From Bryobacterales bacterium (GTDB lineage: Bacteria > Acidobacteriota > Terriglobia > Bryobacterales > UBA6623): a stretch of 64,000 nt of DNA. Positions within the stretch are counted from its first letter, which is position 1; each line of letters begins with the position of its first letter. Both the position numbers and the translations under genes were made by a program. Where the stretch lies: the NCBI GenBank assembly GCA_963422375.2, contig CAXXKD010000001.1, positions 192,001 through 256,000 of the forward strand, read 5' to 3'. Below are positions 29,610-40,612 of the stretch, piece by piece. The notes below the pieces were generated by a model. That model did not search any database. It saw only the letters and a program-made list of their open reading frames with translations, and had not been told where the DNA came from.

Positions 29610-30803
29610 CTACGCGGCGCCGGCTTCGGCTTGCCGGAGCGCTCGCAGCACGTTCCCGCCCATGATCTTGGCCACGTCCTCGTCCGAGAAGCCGCGTTCC
29701 TCTAGCGCGGCAACTAGGTTCGGAGTCTTGCCGATGTGCTCGAGTCCCTGGGGCAGCTTCAGTCCGACGCTGTCGTAGTCCGATCCCAGTCCGACGTGGT
29801 CGATGCCCGCGACGGTGGCGGCGTGCTCGATGTGGTCCACGAGGCGGCTCAGGGGCGGGGCCCCGATCATGTCCACCTCGGCTAGGTTCAGCTGCCAGAG
29901 CTCCTCGGAGAGGCGTTTCAGGTCGCCCGCGAATTCCTTCCGCACCTGCGCGCGCTTGCGTCCGATCTCGCGCAGCTCCGGGAAGCGGGCCCTGTAGTCG
30001 TCGTCCAGCATGCCGGCGTAGTAAGCGACGCCGAGCACGCCGCCGTTCTGAGCCAGGGCCTTGAGCATGCCGTCGGTCAGGTTGCGCGCGTGATTGGCTA
30101 CGGCCTTGCACGCCGCGTGCGTGTTCAGGACCGGAGCCGACGACACCTCGACGGTGTCGTAGAACGCCCGTTCCGAGGCGTGCGAAAGGTCGGCCATCAT
30201 GCCGATGCGGTTCATTTCGCGAACGATTTCGCGGCCGTGGTCGGTCAGGCCTTCCGGTCCCTCGTCCTGGTACTCGGCTGCGCCGACCCACGGCGTGTTC
30301 CCGCTGTGGGTGAGCCCCAGGTACCGCGCCCCGAGGCGATAGAGCTGTCGCAGGACCTCCACGCTCGAATCGATCATGTGCCCTCCCTCGACACCGAGGA
30401 AGACAGCGATCTTGTTCTCGCGCTGCGCGCGCAGGGCGTCGTCGGCCTTCAGCCCCAGGAACAGGTCGTCGGGATGACGGTTGACCGATTGGACGATCAC
30501 GTCCGTGATTCTGAGCGCGTCCTTGACAGACTCGACCGGCTTCTTGCTGCGGGCGGAACTGAAGACCGCGAAGAAACCGGCATTAAGGCCTCCTTGGCGC
30601 ATCTTAGGTATGTCGACTTGGCTGTACTCCGGGCTCTCGCCCATGTCGAGCCCCTCGGCCACGAGCCGACCGGGGGTGTCGATGTGCAGGTCGAAGTAAA
30701 GGGGGCCGCTGGGTGCGGCGGGCTCGGCATCCGATTCCGTTGTCCGGCCGCACGCTGCGAGGAGCGCGGCCGCCGACAGCCCGAGTTCGCGACGGCTAAG
30801 CAT
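29610..30803 (-). CDS. Membrane dipeptidase (peptidase M19), Tat lipoprotein
   Basis: SRRELG..LAAC; DLHIDT, VEGGH, LTH, DLSH, THA, HVGLGSDYD, MGGN. Confidence 0.93.
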   Translation of the reverse strand: MLSRRELGLSAAALLAACGRTTESDAEPAAPSGPLYFDLHIDTPGRLVAEGLDMGESPEYSQVDIPKMRQGGLNAGFFAVFSSARSKKPVESVKDALRITDVIVQSVNRHPDDLFLGLKADDALRAQRENKIAVFLGVEGGHMIDSSVEVLRQLYRLGARYLGLTHSGNTPWVGAAEYQDEGPEGLTDHGREIVREMNRIGMMADLSHASERAFYDTVEVSSAPVLNTHAACKAVANHARNLTDGMLKALAQNGGVLGVAYYAGMLDDDYRARFPELREIGRKRAQVRKEFAGDLKRLSEELWQLNLAEVDMIGAPPLSRLVDHIEHAATVAGIDHVGLGSDYDSVGLKLPQGLEHIGKTPNLVAALEERGFSDEDVAKIMGGNVLRALRQAEAGAA

Positions 30804-31234
30804 GGCGCCACGATTGTAGTGGATTCGGCTGCGTCGGCGCCGTTCGATCCGATTCCCGGACGGCGCATTCAGGCGCCCCGCGCGCGCGGTTCGGCTGGAG
30901 CGAGCAGGCAGCGCCGTTGCGCGGCGGGCCTGTGCCTAGCGCATTGCGGCGCGACCCGCCGCCGCGGAAGTCTCGCGCTCCCATGCGACGCCAAGCTTGA
31001 AGATCTCAGGGTTGGCGGGCCGGGCGGCCGCCGCCTCGAGTCGAACCGAGCTCGAAGGTATCGTTGATCGAGGGCGGGTAGCTGGCAGGAGGCGGAGCTT
31101 GCCTTCGGCCAGGCGGATTCCGATCCGGAACCGCGGCGCGACCGGCGAAACGGGACCGGCCCGGGAGTCCACCCGCACCGGCGCGTGCGGCTGCTCGGCT
31201 CGAGGCGTGCTGCTCGGCCGGCTGCCGCCGGGGC

Positions 31235-31539
31235 TCAGGCCGCTGCGGCCTTCCCGGTCAGCTGCCGGTACGTATGGATCTTGGCGAACAGGCCCCGAGC
31301 CATGCGGCGCATCTGCTCCGCGCTGTCGCAGTCACGGGCTTTGCGACGCCCCGCGAACTCGGTCACGTAGCGGTGCAGCTGCCGGGCGCTCATGCAGTGA
31401 TGCGTCTCGTAGAGGCCGCGCTTGAACAGGGGCCGGAAAGACTCCACGCTAGTGCCGGGCGCGGACCCGCGCACCTACTCGCCGTCCGAGTGCTTGACCG
31501 CCTCGCGGTCGAACTTCTCCGTGCCGGCGTAGAATTCCC
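31235..31539 (-). pseudogene. IS1595 transposase 3' fragment (third, diverged copy)
   Basis: ..EAVKHSDGE*VRG..VESFRPLFKRGLY..RYVTEFAGR..RQLTGKAAAA, homologous to about 1103-1403. Confidence 0.88.
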
Positions 31540-31983
31540 TTACGCTTCACCCTCTATTTTCTTCCGCAGGCACGCGAAGAACTTGTCCGTGATCATCTTG
31601 GCCGTGCCAACCAGCAGCCGCTGGCCCACGCGCGCGACCGGGCCGCCGACCTGCGCCTTGGCCCGCACGGCGACCGAACTGGACGAGTCGCACTCGCTGA
31701 TCGAGATGCGCGCCTCCCCTCTGGCGAAGCCGGCGGTCCCCTTGCCGGCCACTCGCAACGTGAAGGAAGCCGGGCGGTTCAGGTCGTGCAATTCGACGGT
31801 GCCCCGGAAGCGCCCCTTGATGGCTGCGACGCCGAGCGTCATCTCGGCTTGGTAGCAGTTCTCTCCGAGCGGTTCGAGCTCGTCGCAGCCGGGCAGGCAG
31901 CTGGCTACCGTCTGCGGGTCCGTCAATGCGTCGAACACCTCCCTAGGCTCGGCCGCGAAGCGGTACGCACTCTTGAAATCCAT
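31540..31983 (-). CDS. coxG: CoxG (SRPBCC) protein
   Basis: VFDALTDP..CLPGC..GVAAIKG..VGG..ARVGQRL..FF. Confidence 0.9.
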   Translation of the reverse strand: MDFKSAYRFAAEPREVFDALTDPQTVASCLPGCDELEPLGENCYQAEMTLGVAAIKGRFRGTVELHDLNRPASFTLRVAGKGTAGFARGEARISISECDSSSSVAVRAKAQVGGPVARVGQRLLVGTAKMITDKFFACLRKKIEGEA

Positions 31984-32004
31984 GAGACGGGATACTCCGC
32001 AAGG

Positions 32005-33189
32005 CTACCAGACGGTGCGCGCCCGTCCCTCGCCCGCACGACGTGTACGCGACTCGGCCGGAAGACTGTTCAAGTGAGCGGCCAGACGGTCGAGGCTCGC
32101 CAGATTGTGGACGGGCAGGAAATCGTCAACGAACGGAAGCACCGCCCGGATGCCCCGGGTGAGCGGCTTGTACCTAGGCGAGCCGAGCAGCGGGCTCAGC
32201 CAGATCAGCCGGTGGCAGGAGCGGCTCAGTCGCGACACCTCGCGTCGCGCCACGGCCGGATCCCCGCGGTCCCAGCCGTCCGAGACGACCAGCACCACCG
32301 CGCTGCGACCCAGCACCCGGCGTGCCCATTGCACGTTGAAGGCGCGCAACGCCTCCCCGATGCGGGTTCCCCCGGACCAGTCGGGGACTAGTTGCGCGAT
32401 CTCCCGGAAGGGGTTGCTCTCGTGCCGGGCGCGCAGCTTATGCGTAATCCGGGTGAGGCGCGTCGCGAAGACGAACCCTTCCACGCGGTCCAAGCTGCCC
32501 GCTAGGCAGCAGGCGAACCACAGCAGCATGCGGGTGTACCGCTCCATCGAGCCGCTGATGTCGCACAGCAGCACCAGCCGCCGTGGCGCGGCCTTCCTCC
32601 CCTTGGTCGGCGGCTTGTCGCCAGCCGCTCCCGGCCGGGCGCACGCCGCGAGGAACCTGCGCAGGTCGGGCGCGGCGCCCCGGCCGGGCACCCAGCGCTT
32701 GGTTGTTCGCGGGGCCGGCCGCCATTCCATCTCGCGCAGCAGGCGGACGGCTTGGGCGGTCTCTTCTGCAGAGAGGTTCTTGAAGTCCTTCTCGCGCAGC
32801 ACCTCCCTGTCGCTGTAGGTTGCGATCCTCACGCGCTCGGCACGTTCGTCGCGCTCGCGAGCGGAACTGTCCTCCCCGGCGCCTAGAGACTCCATTTCGA
32901 CGACCGGGTCCCCGAAGCGTCGCTCGCTGCCCAGCGGCCGCAGGTCCAGCTTGGTGCCCGTTCCAGCCGGCTTGGTCCAGAAGGCGCGGAAAGCCCTGTC
33001 GAACACCTGCAGGTCCTCGGCCCTCCGCACCAGCACGGCGCGGAGGGCGAACCGGAACTCGTCCCTCTTCCCGAGATCGACATGCTGCGCGGCCCGCGTC
33101 GCGTCGATGGTGCTCCCGGCCGGGACGGCCAGCCCGAGCGAGCGCAGCAGGCGCGCGAATTGCGTCAGATTCTCGAGGAGGTGGCCCAT
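32005..33189 (-). CDS. coxE: CoxE-like VWA-domain protein
   Basis: LCDISGSMERY, FATRLTRIT, WSGGTRIG, SDGWDRG. Confidence 0.92.
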   Translation of the reverse strand: MGHLLENLTQFARLLRSLGLAVPAGSTIDATRAAQHVDLGKRDEFRFALRAVLVRRAEDLQVFDRAFRAFWTKPAGTGTKLDLRPLGSERRFGDPVVEMESLGAGEDSSARERDERAERVRIATYSDREVLREKDFKNLSAEETAQAVRLLREMEWRPAPRTTKRWVPGRGAAPDLRRFLAACARPGAAGDKPPTKGRKAAPRRLVLLCDISGSMERYTRMLLWFACCLAGSLDRVEGFVFATRLTRITHKLRARHESNPFREIAQLVPDWSGGTRIGEALRAFNVQWARRVLGRSAVVLVVSDGWDRGDPAVARREVSRLSRSCHRLIWLSPLLGSPRYKPLTRGIRAVLPFVDDFLPVHNLASLDRLAAHLNSLPAESRTRRAGEGRARTVW

Positions 33190-34133
33190 GCTGTGCTCGG
33201 CTCCTGGCCGGCGTAGCTCATGCGCACCCCGCGATGTTCCGCCCGGTCCAGCATCGCCCGCACCGGCTCCCCCCGCACCGCCTGCATGTCCTCTTGGTTC
33301 TTCAGGAGGATGCCGAGCGTCTCGTCGATCCGCTCGGGCGTGAGCCGGTCCGCGTCCAGCGCCACGATCGCGGCGATCCAGTCGAGCGTCTCCGACACGC
33401 CCGCCGTCTTGTAAAGATCGGCCTTGCGCAGCTCTTGAACGAACGCCGTCGCTTGCTCACTGAGCGCTCGCGAGGCCTGAGGGACCTTCGCGTTGACGAT
33501 GCGCAGCTCCTTCTCGAAGTCGGGATAGTCGATCCAGCAGTACAGGCAGCGCCGCTTGAGCGCGTCGTGCAGCTCGCGGGTCCGATTCGAAGTGATGAGG
33601 ACGATCGGAGGGCGCGCGGCCCTGACCGTGCCCAGTTCCGGGATCGTGATCTGGTAGTCCGAGAGCATCTCGAGCAGGTAGCCCTCGAACTCCTCGTCGG
33701 CCCGGTCGAGCTCGTCGATCAGGAGGACGGGAGGCGGCCCGGCGTACTCCAGCGCCTTCAGCAGGGGCCGCTCGATCAGGAACTCGCGCCGGAACAGCTC
33801 CTTCGCGGCCGTCTGCCGGTCGAGATCCCCGCCGCCGCGCATGAGCTGGATCTCGAGAATCTGCCGCGAGTAGTTCCACTCGTACACGGCGTGGCTGATG
33901 TCGAGACCCTCGTAGCACTGCATCCGGATCAGTTCGCGCCCGAGCGCCGCTGCAAGCGCCTTGGCGACTTCGGTCTTGCCGACGCCGGCCTCGCCTTCGA
34001 GCAGGAGCGGCCGCTTCAGTCGCAGTGCCAGGTACACGGCCACCGACAAGGCTCGGTCGGAGACGTACTCCTCCCGCGCCAGCATCGAGTCCAGTGCGCC
34101 GATGGAACCGGGAAGCGGGCTGGAATCGGCCAT
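33165..34133 (-). CDS. coxD: CoxD-like MoxR AAA+ ATPase
   Basis: LEGEAGVGKT, QCYEGLD, LLIDELDRAD, TSNRTRELHDALKRRC. Confidence 0.93.
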   Translation of the reverse strand: MADSSPLPGSIGALDSMLAREEYVSDRALSVAVYLALRLKRPLLLEGEAGVGKTEVAKALAAALGRELIRMQCYEGLDISHAVYEWNYSRQILEIQLMRGGGDLDRQTAAKELFRREFLIERPLLKALEYAGPPPVLLIDELDRADEEFEGYLLEMLSDYQITIPELGTVRAARPPIVLITSNRTRELHDALKRRCLYCWIDYPDFEKELRIVNAKVPQASRALSEQATAFVQELRKADLYKTAGVSETLDWIAAIVALDADRLTPERIDETLGILLKNQEDMQAVRGEPVRAMLDRAEHRGVRMSYAGQEPSTAWATSSRI

Positions 34134-34149
34134 GTGCGGAGCCGGGCGA

Positions 34150-35019
34150 TCAGCCGCAGCGCGCAGCGGCCGCGGCGACGGCGCGCCGCACCCAGGCGTG
34201 GACCACGGCCTTGCGGTACTCCGCCGAAGCGTACAGGTCTCCTAGCACCTCGTCGTCTTCGAGGCAATCGGCCGCGAGCCGCGAGGCCGCGGCGACTGCC
34301 TCGTCGCTGAGCGGCCCGCCGAGCAGCGCTTGCTCGACGTCCCCGGCGCGCACCGGGGCGGGCGCGAGCCCGCCAAGGGCCACGCTCGCGGCCGTGCAGC
34401 GGCCTTCGCGGGCGGCGACCCGCGCCGCCACGCCGATCACCGCGTACCTGGACGCCGGATGGGCGAACTTAGCGTACGCGGAACCCTCGCCCTCCCCGGC
34501 GACGGGCACTTCGATGGCGGTGAGGATGTCCCCCTCGCCGAGCGCGGTCGTCATGAGGCCTTCGAAAAAGCCCGCGGCCGGCACGCGGCGCTCGCCAGCC
34601 TCCCCCTCGATGACGAACTCGGCGTCGAGACACCTCAGCACGGTCGGCAGGTCGGAGGCCGGGTCGGCGTGCGCTACGTTGCCGCCGACTGTGCCGCGAT
34701 TCCTCACGGCCGGATCGCCGATCATGCCGGCTGCCTCGGACAGGGCGGTAGCGCTGGCTTGGAGGGTCTCCGACGCGGCGAGTTGGGCGTGGGTCGTGAG
34801 GGCCCCGATGCGGATCGAGCCCGAGTCGGCCTGGATGCCGCGGAGCGCGTCGATGCGTCCGATGTCGATCAGCGCCGAGAGGGCTGCGAGGCGCAGCTTC
34901 AGGGCCGGGACTATGCTGTGGCCGCCCGCTAGGAGCTTGGAGTCGGGGTGCTTGGCCAGGAGCTCGGCGGCTTCCGCCACCGAGCCGGCCCGGTAGTAGT
35001 CGAACTCGGGTGCGTACAT
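34150..35019 (-). CDS. coxM: Molybdenum hydroxylase FAD subunit (CoxM-like)
   Basis: LAGGHS, IGALTTH, VRNRGTVGGN..ADPASD. Confidence 0.92.
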   Translation of the reverse strand: MYAPEFDYYRAGSVAEAAELLAKHPDSKLLAGGHSIVPALKLRLAALSALIDIGRIDALRGIQADSGSIRIGALTTHAQLAASETLQASATALSEAAGMIGDPAVRNRGTVGGNVAHADPASDLPTVLRCLDAEFVIEGEAGERRVPAAGFFEGLMTTALGEGDILTAIEVPVAGEGEGSAYAKFAHPASRYAVIGVAARVAAREGRCTAASVALGGLAPAPVRAGDVEQALLGGPLSDEAVAAASRLAADCLEDDEVLGDLYASAEYRKAVVHAWVRRAVAAAAARCG

Positions 35020-35022
35020 GGC

Positions 35023-37380
35023 TCAATTCCTCCCTTGCGCGTCCTGAATGGAGCGCCAGACCCGCTCTGGCGTCAGCGGCATGTTCACGCTCCCCACGCC
35101 GAGCGGCTGCAGTGCGTCGATCACGGCGTTATAGACGGCCGCCGTCGAGGCGATCGTGCCGGCCTCGCCGATGCCCTTGACCCCGAGCGGATGGTGGGGC
35201 GAGGGCGTGACGGTGGAATGGACCTCGATGTCGGGCAGGCGGTCGGCCCGCGGCAGCGCGTAGTCGAGCATCGTGCCCGTGACCAGCTGGCCGCCGTCGT
35301 CGTACACGCCCTCCTCCCAGAGCGCTTGACCGATGCCCTGCACGATGCCGCCGTGGACCTGGCCCTCGACGATGACCGGGTTGATCTGCGGGCCGCAGTC
35401 GTCCACGGCCACGTAGCGCTTGAGATCCACGCTGCCGCTCTCGGGGTCGACCTCGACCACCGCGAGGTGGGCGCCGTAGGGGAAGACGAAATTGGGCGGG
35501 TCGTAGAAGGAGGTGGCCTCGAGGCCGGCCTCGACCCCCTCCGGCAGGTTCCACGCCACGTTGGCCATGAGGGCGATGTCCTGGATCGTCTTGCTCGAGT
35601 CCGGGGAGCCTTTCACGAAGAACTTGCCGTCGTCGTACTCCATGTCCTCGACGGCTGCCTCGAGCAGGTGCGCGGCGATGATCGTGGCCTTGTCGCGGAT
35701 CTTGCGCGCGGCCACGGCAAGGGCCGCGCCCCCGACCGCCGTGGTGCGGCTGCCGTAAGTGCCCCAGCCCATGGGGGTGTTGTCGGTGTCTCCGTGGATC
35801 ACCTTGACGTCGTCCGGCGAGACGCCGAGCTCGCCGGCTACGATCTGGGCGAAGGTCGTTTCCTCGCCCTGTCCGTGCGGGGACGCGCCGATCATGACGT
35901 GGACCTTGCCGCTCGGGTGGAACCGAAGGATCGCGCTCTCCCACAGGCCGCCTTGGAAGCCGATCGCGCCCGCCACCTGCGAAGGCCCGAGGCCGCAGAT
36001 CTCGACGTAGGTCGAGAGCCCGAGCCCTATGTACCGGCCGCTCTCGCGCGCTGCGGCCTGCTCGGCCCGCAGGTCGCGGTAGCCCGCCTCGCCCAGCAGC
36101 TTCGCCAGCGCCCCTCCGTAATCGCCGCTGTCGTAGGTGAGGCCGGTGACCACGTCGTGGCCGCTGTCGAATTTCGGGATGAAGTTGCGCCGGCGCACGT
36201 CGACCGGATCCATGCCGAGCTCCGCAGCCAGCAAGTCGACGAGGCGCTCGACCATGAATGTGGCCTCGGGACGGCCGGCACCGCGATACGCTTCCACGGG
36301 AGTGGTGTTGGTGTACAGGCCGTAGACGTCCTCGTGGATGGCCGGGATGTCGTAGACGCCGGAGAGCATCAGGCCGTGCAGGATGGTGGGGATGCCCGGC
36401 GCCGCCGTGGACAGGTAGGCGCCCATGCCCGCCCAGACCGTGGCCCGCAGGCCCGTGATCCGGCCGTCCTTGGTCGCCGCCAGCTCGATCTCCTGCACGT
36501 GGTCGCGCCCGTGGGTGGTGGCTTGGTAGTTCTCGCTGCGGCTCTCCACCCACTTGACCGGCACGCCAAGCTTCTTCGAGCAGAAGACCGTGAGGAAGTC
36601 GGCCGGGTAGACTGCGATCTTGCTGCCGAACCCGCCGCCCACCTCGGGCGCGATGACGCGCAGCTTGTCCTCCGGCACGCCGTTCACGAGCGAGCAGAGG
36701 AAGCGCACGATGTGCGGGTTCTGTGTCGTGTTCCAGAGCGTCAGCTCGCCTGTCGCCGGGACGTAGCTCGCGATGGCGGCGCGCGGCTCCATGGCGTTCG
36801 GGATCAGGCGCTGCTGGACGATCGTCTCCCTGACGACGACTTCCGCGTTGGCGAAGGCCTCGTCAATGTCGCCTCCGCCGGTGACCGTCCAGTGGAACGC
36901 TTGGTTGCCCTCGATCTCGGCGTGGAGCTGCGGCGCGCCCTCGGCTGCGGCGTCCTTGGGCCGGACGACCGCGTCCACGGGCTCGTAGTCGACATCGATC
37001 AGGTCGAGCGCGTCGCAGGCCTGGCTGGGGGTTTCGGCAACGACGACGGCCACGATGTCGCCCACGTAGCGGACAGTGTCCTTCGCCAGGCAGTGGTAGT
37101 CGGCGATCTTGAGGGCTGAGTTGGGCAGGAGCCAAGCGCAAGGCGCGGGCGCGATCTCGCCTTCCGCGTCGGCGCTGGTGTATACGGCGACCACGCCGGG
37201 CGCGCTCGCCGCTGCCGAGGTGTCGATGCCGCCGATACGGGCGTGGGAGTAGGGGCTGCGCACCAGGGCGGCGTGCAGCATGCCGGGCAGGACGATGTCG
37301 TCGGTGTACTTGGCGGTGCCGGTGATGAGCCGCGGGTCCTCGCGCCGCCGGATTCCGGAACCGAACGTGGACGCGCTCAT
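35023..37380 (-). CDS. coxL: Molybdenum hydroxylase large subunit, form II CoxL-like
   Basis: [45 protein letters not shown]. Confidence 0.92.
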   Translation of the reverse strand: MSASTFGSGIRRREDPRLITGTAKYTDDIVLPGMLHAALVRSPYSHARIGGIDTSAAASAPGVVAVYTSADAEGEIAPAPCAWLLPNSALKIADYHCLAKDTVRYVGDIVAVVVAETPSQACDALDLIDVDYEPVDAVVRPKDAAAEGAPQLHAEIEGNQAFHWTVTGGGDIDEAFANAEVVVRETIVQQRLIPNAMEPRAAIASYVPATGELTLWNTTQNPHIVRFLCSLVNGVPEDKLRVIAPEVGGGFGSKIAVYPADFLTVFCSKKLGVPVKWVESRSENYQATTHGRDHVQEIELAATKDGRITGLRATVWAGMGAYLSTAAPGIPTILHGLMLSGVYDIPAIHEDVYGLYTNTTPVEAYRGAGRPEATFMVERLVDLLAAELGMDPVDVRRRNFIPKFDSGHDVVTGLTYDSGDYGGALAKLLGEAGYRDLRAEQAAARESGRYIGLGLSTYVEICGLGPSQVAGAIGFQGGLWESAILRFHPSGKVHVMIGASPHGQGEETTFAQIVAGELGVSPDDVKVIHGDTDNTPMGWGTYGSRTTAVGGAALAVAARKIRDKATIIAAHLLEAAVEDMEYDDGKFFVKGSPDSSKTIQDIALMANVAWNLPEGVEAGLEATSFYDPPNFVFPYGAHLAVVEVDPESGSVDLKRYVAVDDCGPQINPVIVEGQVHGGIVQGIGQALWEEGVYDDGGQLVTGTMLDYALPRADRLPDIEVHSTVTPSPHHPLGVKGIGEAGTIASTAAVYNAVIDALQPLGVGSVNMPLTPERVWRSIQDAQGRN

Positions 37381-37847
37381 GCCGCACCTCCTGCCGCCGC
37401 GTCACGCACGGCGCGGACGATGTTCTGGTAGCCGGTGCAGCGGCAGAGATTGCCTTCCAGGCCGTGCCGGATCTCGTCGTCGGAGGGCTCCGGGTTGCAG
37501 CGCAGCAGCTCGTGCGAGGCCATGATCATCCCGGGCGTGCAGAACCCGCATTGCAGGCCGTGCTTGTTCCAGAACGACTCCTGCAGCGCGTGCAGCCCGT
37601 CGCCGCCGGCCAGGCCCTCGATCGTTGTAACCGAGGCGCCGTCGGCCTGGACCGCGAGGCAGGTGCAGGACTTGGCCGAGACGCCGTCCAGCAGGACCGT
37701 GCAGGCGCCGCACTGGCTCGTGTCGCACCCCACCTTGGTGCCGGTCAGTCCCAGCACGTCGCGAATGAAATGGACCAGCAGCAGCCTCGGCTCGACATCC
37801 CTCTCGAACCGGCGGCCGTTGATGGTGATGCTTACGGGAATCTTCAC
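37377..37847 (-). CDS. coxS: 2Fe-2S small subunit (CoxS-like)
   Basis: GTG start after [31 protein letters not shown]. Confidence 0.94.
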   Translation of the reverse strand: MKIPVSITINGRRFERDVEPRLLLVHFIRDVLGLTGTKVGCDTSQCGACTVLLDGVSAKSCTCLAVQADGASVTTIEGLAGGDGLHALQESFWNKHGLQCGFCTPGMIMASHELLRCNPEPSDDEIRHGLEGNLCRCTGYQNIVRAVRDAAAGGAA

Positions 37848-38624
37848 CGCTTCGCCTCCCTTCCGCGCAGCGACGCGACAGGAGCCGCGCCGGAAACCGC
37901 AGCGAGATTGTAGCGCAACCGCATCGGCCCTGGATCGGGCGGAGCGACCCGTGACGGACTGTGGCGGCCGCCGGGGGGCGGGCTGCCCGACGGGCCGAGT
38001 CGAGTGGCGGCGGGGTCTCTCGCTTCCCGCGCCGGCTCCCGGCACGGCCCATGGTCTTGCGGCTGCGCGCGGGCACCCGCGGCGGTTGCACGCCTCGAGG
38101 TCAAGTTGGCCTTCGCCGGGAGCGAAGTGCGGACCGACCGTTGCCGAGCCGGTCCACTGCGTCAGGCACCGTGCCGCGATTCGGGACTTGCCGCGGTCGC
38201 TGATCGTCGCTGTGATCGTAGAGCCGGACGTGGCGGAGGGATCGGGCAATCAAGCGCGGGCTGACCTTCCGGACGGTCCGCAGACCCCGTGCCAGCCCTT
38301 GTGCTTCCCATGCCTGCCGATGCTTGCGGTTGCAACCTCTCTGCACCCTGACCGCAAGCGTCATCCCCTCGGCCCGCGCCCTGCTGAGGGTCGCTCGGAG
38401 ATCCTCGCGCAGCCCCGGGGATCTCTGCTGGGATTCCTCGCCGAGTCATCGCGCCGCACAACGGCCCAGTATTGGCCTCATTCGCCGAGGCAATGCACTG
38501 TCCTGCGTGCAGAATAGACACAACATGTGGGATCGGTGTCGGACAGTCGGCGGCAAGAGCATTGACGCCTTCGGTAGGGGTCGGGGATCGAGTCTCCTTG
38601 GGCGCTAAGACAGAAGCGGTCATC

Positions 38625-40205
38625 ATGAAGGGAATGCGTCAATTCAACACGGCGGGCCCGGTAAACGCCGACAAGCACTACAGCATTCCGCCCTTGAGTC
38701 GCCTGAACTTGGACGAGGTGCTGGCCTTGATCCGGAACGAGCATTACTTCGTCTTGCATGCTCCGAGGCAGACCGGGAAGACCACGGCCCTGATGGCACT
38801 GAGGGACCTGCTGAACAGCGGGTCCGAAGGTGAGTACCGCTGCGTGTACGCGAGCCTAGAGGAAGCGTCGACTGCTCGCGAAGATGTCGAGGTCGCGATG
38901 GAGTGTGTCCTCGGAGCATTGGGCTCGAGTGCTCGCCGGGTCGCGAAAGACTCTCTTGTCGACGAAATCTGGCCGGGAGTCCTTCAGCGCTACAAGGCCC
39001 GCAGGGCACTGTCGGAAGTCCTGTATCGATGGGCGGAGGCCGACCGGCGGCCCTTGGTGCTGCTGATCGACGAGATCGATTCCCTCGAGGGCGACAGCCT
39101 GCTTTCCGTGTTACGGCAGCTGCGCGCCGGCTACTCCGAGCGGCCAGTCCACTTCCCGCAGAGCATCGTGCTTTGTGGCATGCGCGACATGCGTGACTAT
39201 CGCATCGAGTCGGCGACCTCAGGCAAGGTAGTCGCCAGCCCGTTCAACGTCATCGCGAAGTCGCTACGCCTTGGCAACTTCTCTCGGGAAGAAGTGGTCG
39301 ATCTGCTCGGGCAGCACACTTCCGACACCGGGCAGGATTTCGAGCCGGGGGCGGTGGAGCGAGTCTGGACGCAAACACAGGGCCAGCCATGGCTTGTGAA
39401 CGCCCTCTGCGACGCGGCCTGTTTCGACGCGGGTCGGATACGCTACTCGCGCAAATTGATCGACGAGGCTGACATCCTGCGGGCGCAAGAGGCTCTGATC
39501 CAGCAGCGGTCGGTGCATATCGACCAGCTGGCGGACAAGCTCAGGGAGGAACGCGTGCGACGCGTGATCGAGCCGATTCTCGCTGGAAGACCGTATCGCA
39601 GCTCGCAGCCCCGTGACTTGGAGTATGTCAGGGACCTAGGCCTCGTGGCGCAGGACGGCTCCCCTCGCATTGCCAATCCCATCTACGCCGAGGTCGTGCC
39701 GCGGGAGCTCACTGCCGACACGCAGGAGGACTTGGACCAGGACGTGGCATGGTACGTGCGCTCGGACGGCGGACTGGACGTTCCGAAGCTGATGGGTGCG
39801 TTCCAGGAATTCTTCCGAGAGCACTCGGAACACTGGATCGAGCGCTTCCAGTACAAGGAGGCGGGGCCGCAGCTGCTGCTGCAGGCGTTCCTGCAGAGGG
39901 TGGTGAATGGCGGCGGCCGCATCGAGCGGGAGTACGGCCTAGGGCGTGGGCGCACGGATCTCCTGCTGCTCTGGCCGACGGGCGAGCGGACCGAAAGGTG
40001 CGTGATCGAGTGCAAGATCCTGCGCGGGAGCATGGAGCGTGCAATCCGCGACGGAATCGAGCAGACGGCCGGGTACATGGATCGCTGCGCGGCGGAGTCC
40101 GGCCACTTGGTCTTGTTCGACCGGCGCAATACGTCTTGGGAAAGCAAGCTGTTCCGGCGTCGGGAACAGTCCTCCACCGGGCCCGTGGAGGTCTGGGGGA
40201 TGTGA
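38625..40205 (+). CDS. AAA-like ATPase with C-terminal PD-(D/E)XK-like nuclease domain
   Basis: FNTAGP, APRQTGKTT (Walker A), LLIDEID (Walker B), GQPWLVN, REY..GRTDL..VIECK. Confidence 0.85.
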   Translation: MKGMRQFNTAGPVNADKHYSIPPLSRLNLDEVLALIRNEHYFVLHAPRQTGKTTALMALRDLLNSGSEGEYRCVYASLEEASTAREDVEVAMECVLGALGSSARRVAKDSLVDEIWPGVLQRYKARRALSEVLYRWAEADRRPLVLLIDEIDSLEGDSLLSVLRQLRAGYSERPVHFPQSIVLCGMRDMRDYRIESATSGKVVASPFNVIAKSLRLGNFSREEVVDLLGQHTSDTGQDFEPGAVERVWTQTQGQPWLVNALCDAACFDAGRIRYSRKLIDEADILRAQEALIQQRSVHIDQLADKLREERVRRVIEPILAGRPYRSSQPRDLEYVRDLGLVAQDGSPRIANPIYAEVVPRELTADTQEDLDQDVAWYVRSDGGLDVPKLMGAFQEFFREHSEHWIERFQYKEAGPQLLLQAFLQRVVNGGGRIEREYGLGRGRTDLLLLWPTGERTERCVIECKILRGSMERAIRDGIEQTAGYMDRCAAESGHLVLFDRRNTSWESKLFRRREQSSTGPVEVWGM

Positions 40206-40372
40206 CGGTTTCGCGAGCATCGGTGCCGTGCGGAATGGCAGCGATACAACAGGTGGCGGCCATGGCCTAGCCGGTCGCTCTGGCCGGCAGCAGGTCTTGC
40301 GGGTCTTGCAAGAGGACGTGTCTCCATGTTCGGATCATCTGCGAATCCCGCTGCGGACCGGGTTTGCGTTTT

Positions 40373-40393
40373 GGAATTATAAGGTAGAGTGCC
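40373..40393. repeat. Orphan degenerate IS1595-type inverted repeat
   Basis: GGAATTATAaggtaGAGTGCC versus IR GGAATTATAtatctGAGTGCC. Confidence 0.45.
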
Positions 40394-40612
40394 CAACAGT
40401 ATCCCGTTTAGATATCGTGCCGCGGCATGCCGACGTAGGGAGTCTCGACCGGTTCGGTGAGTCGGCGGGCAGCCTCTGCCTGTGACGCCTGCGGAGGCGT
40501 GACCGACTCTTCAAGCCCGGCCTTGGATGGCTGGCAGGTCCCGCGTGCAGTTTCGACGCGGCGCGGATGGAATCGGTTCACTGGCCTCGACCTTCCTAGC
40601 GCAAATTCACTA

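Noticed and set aside
35023..37380. Bona fide aerobic (form I) CO dehydrogenase
   Set aside because: Motif is AYRGAGR, not AYxCSFR, and the order is S-L-M.
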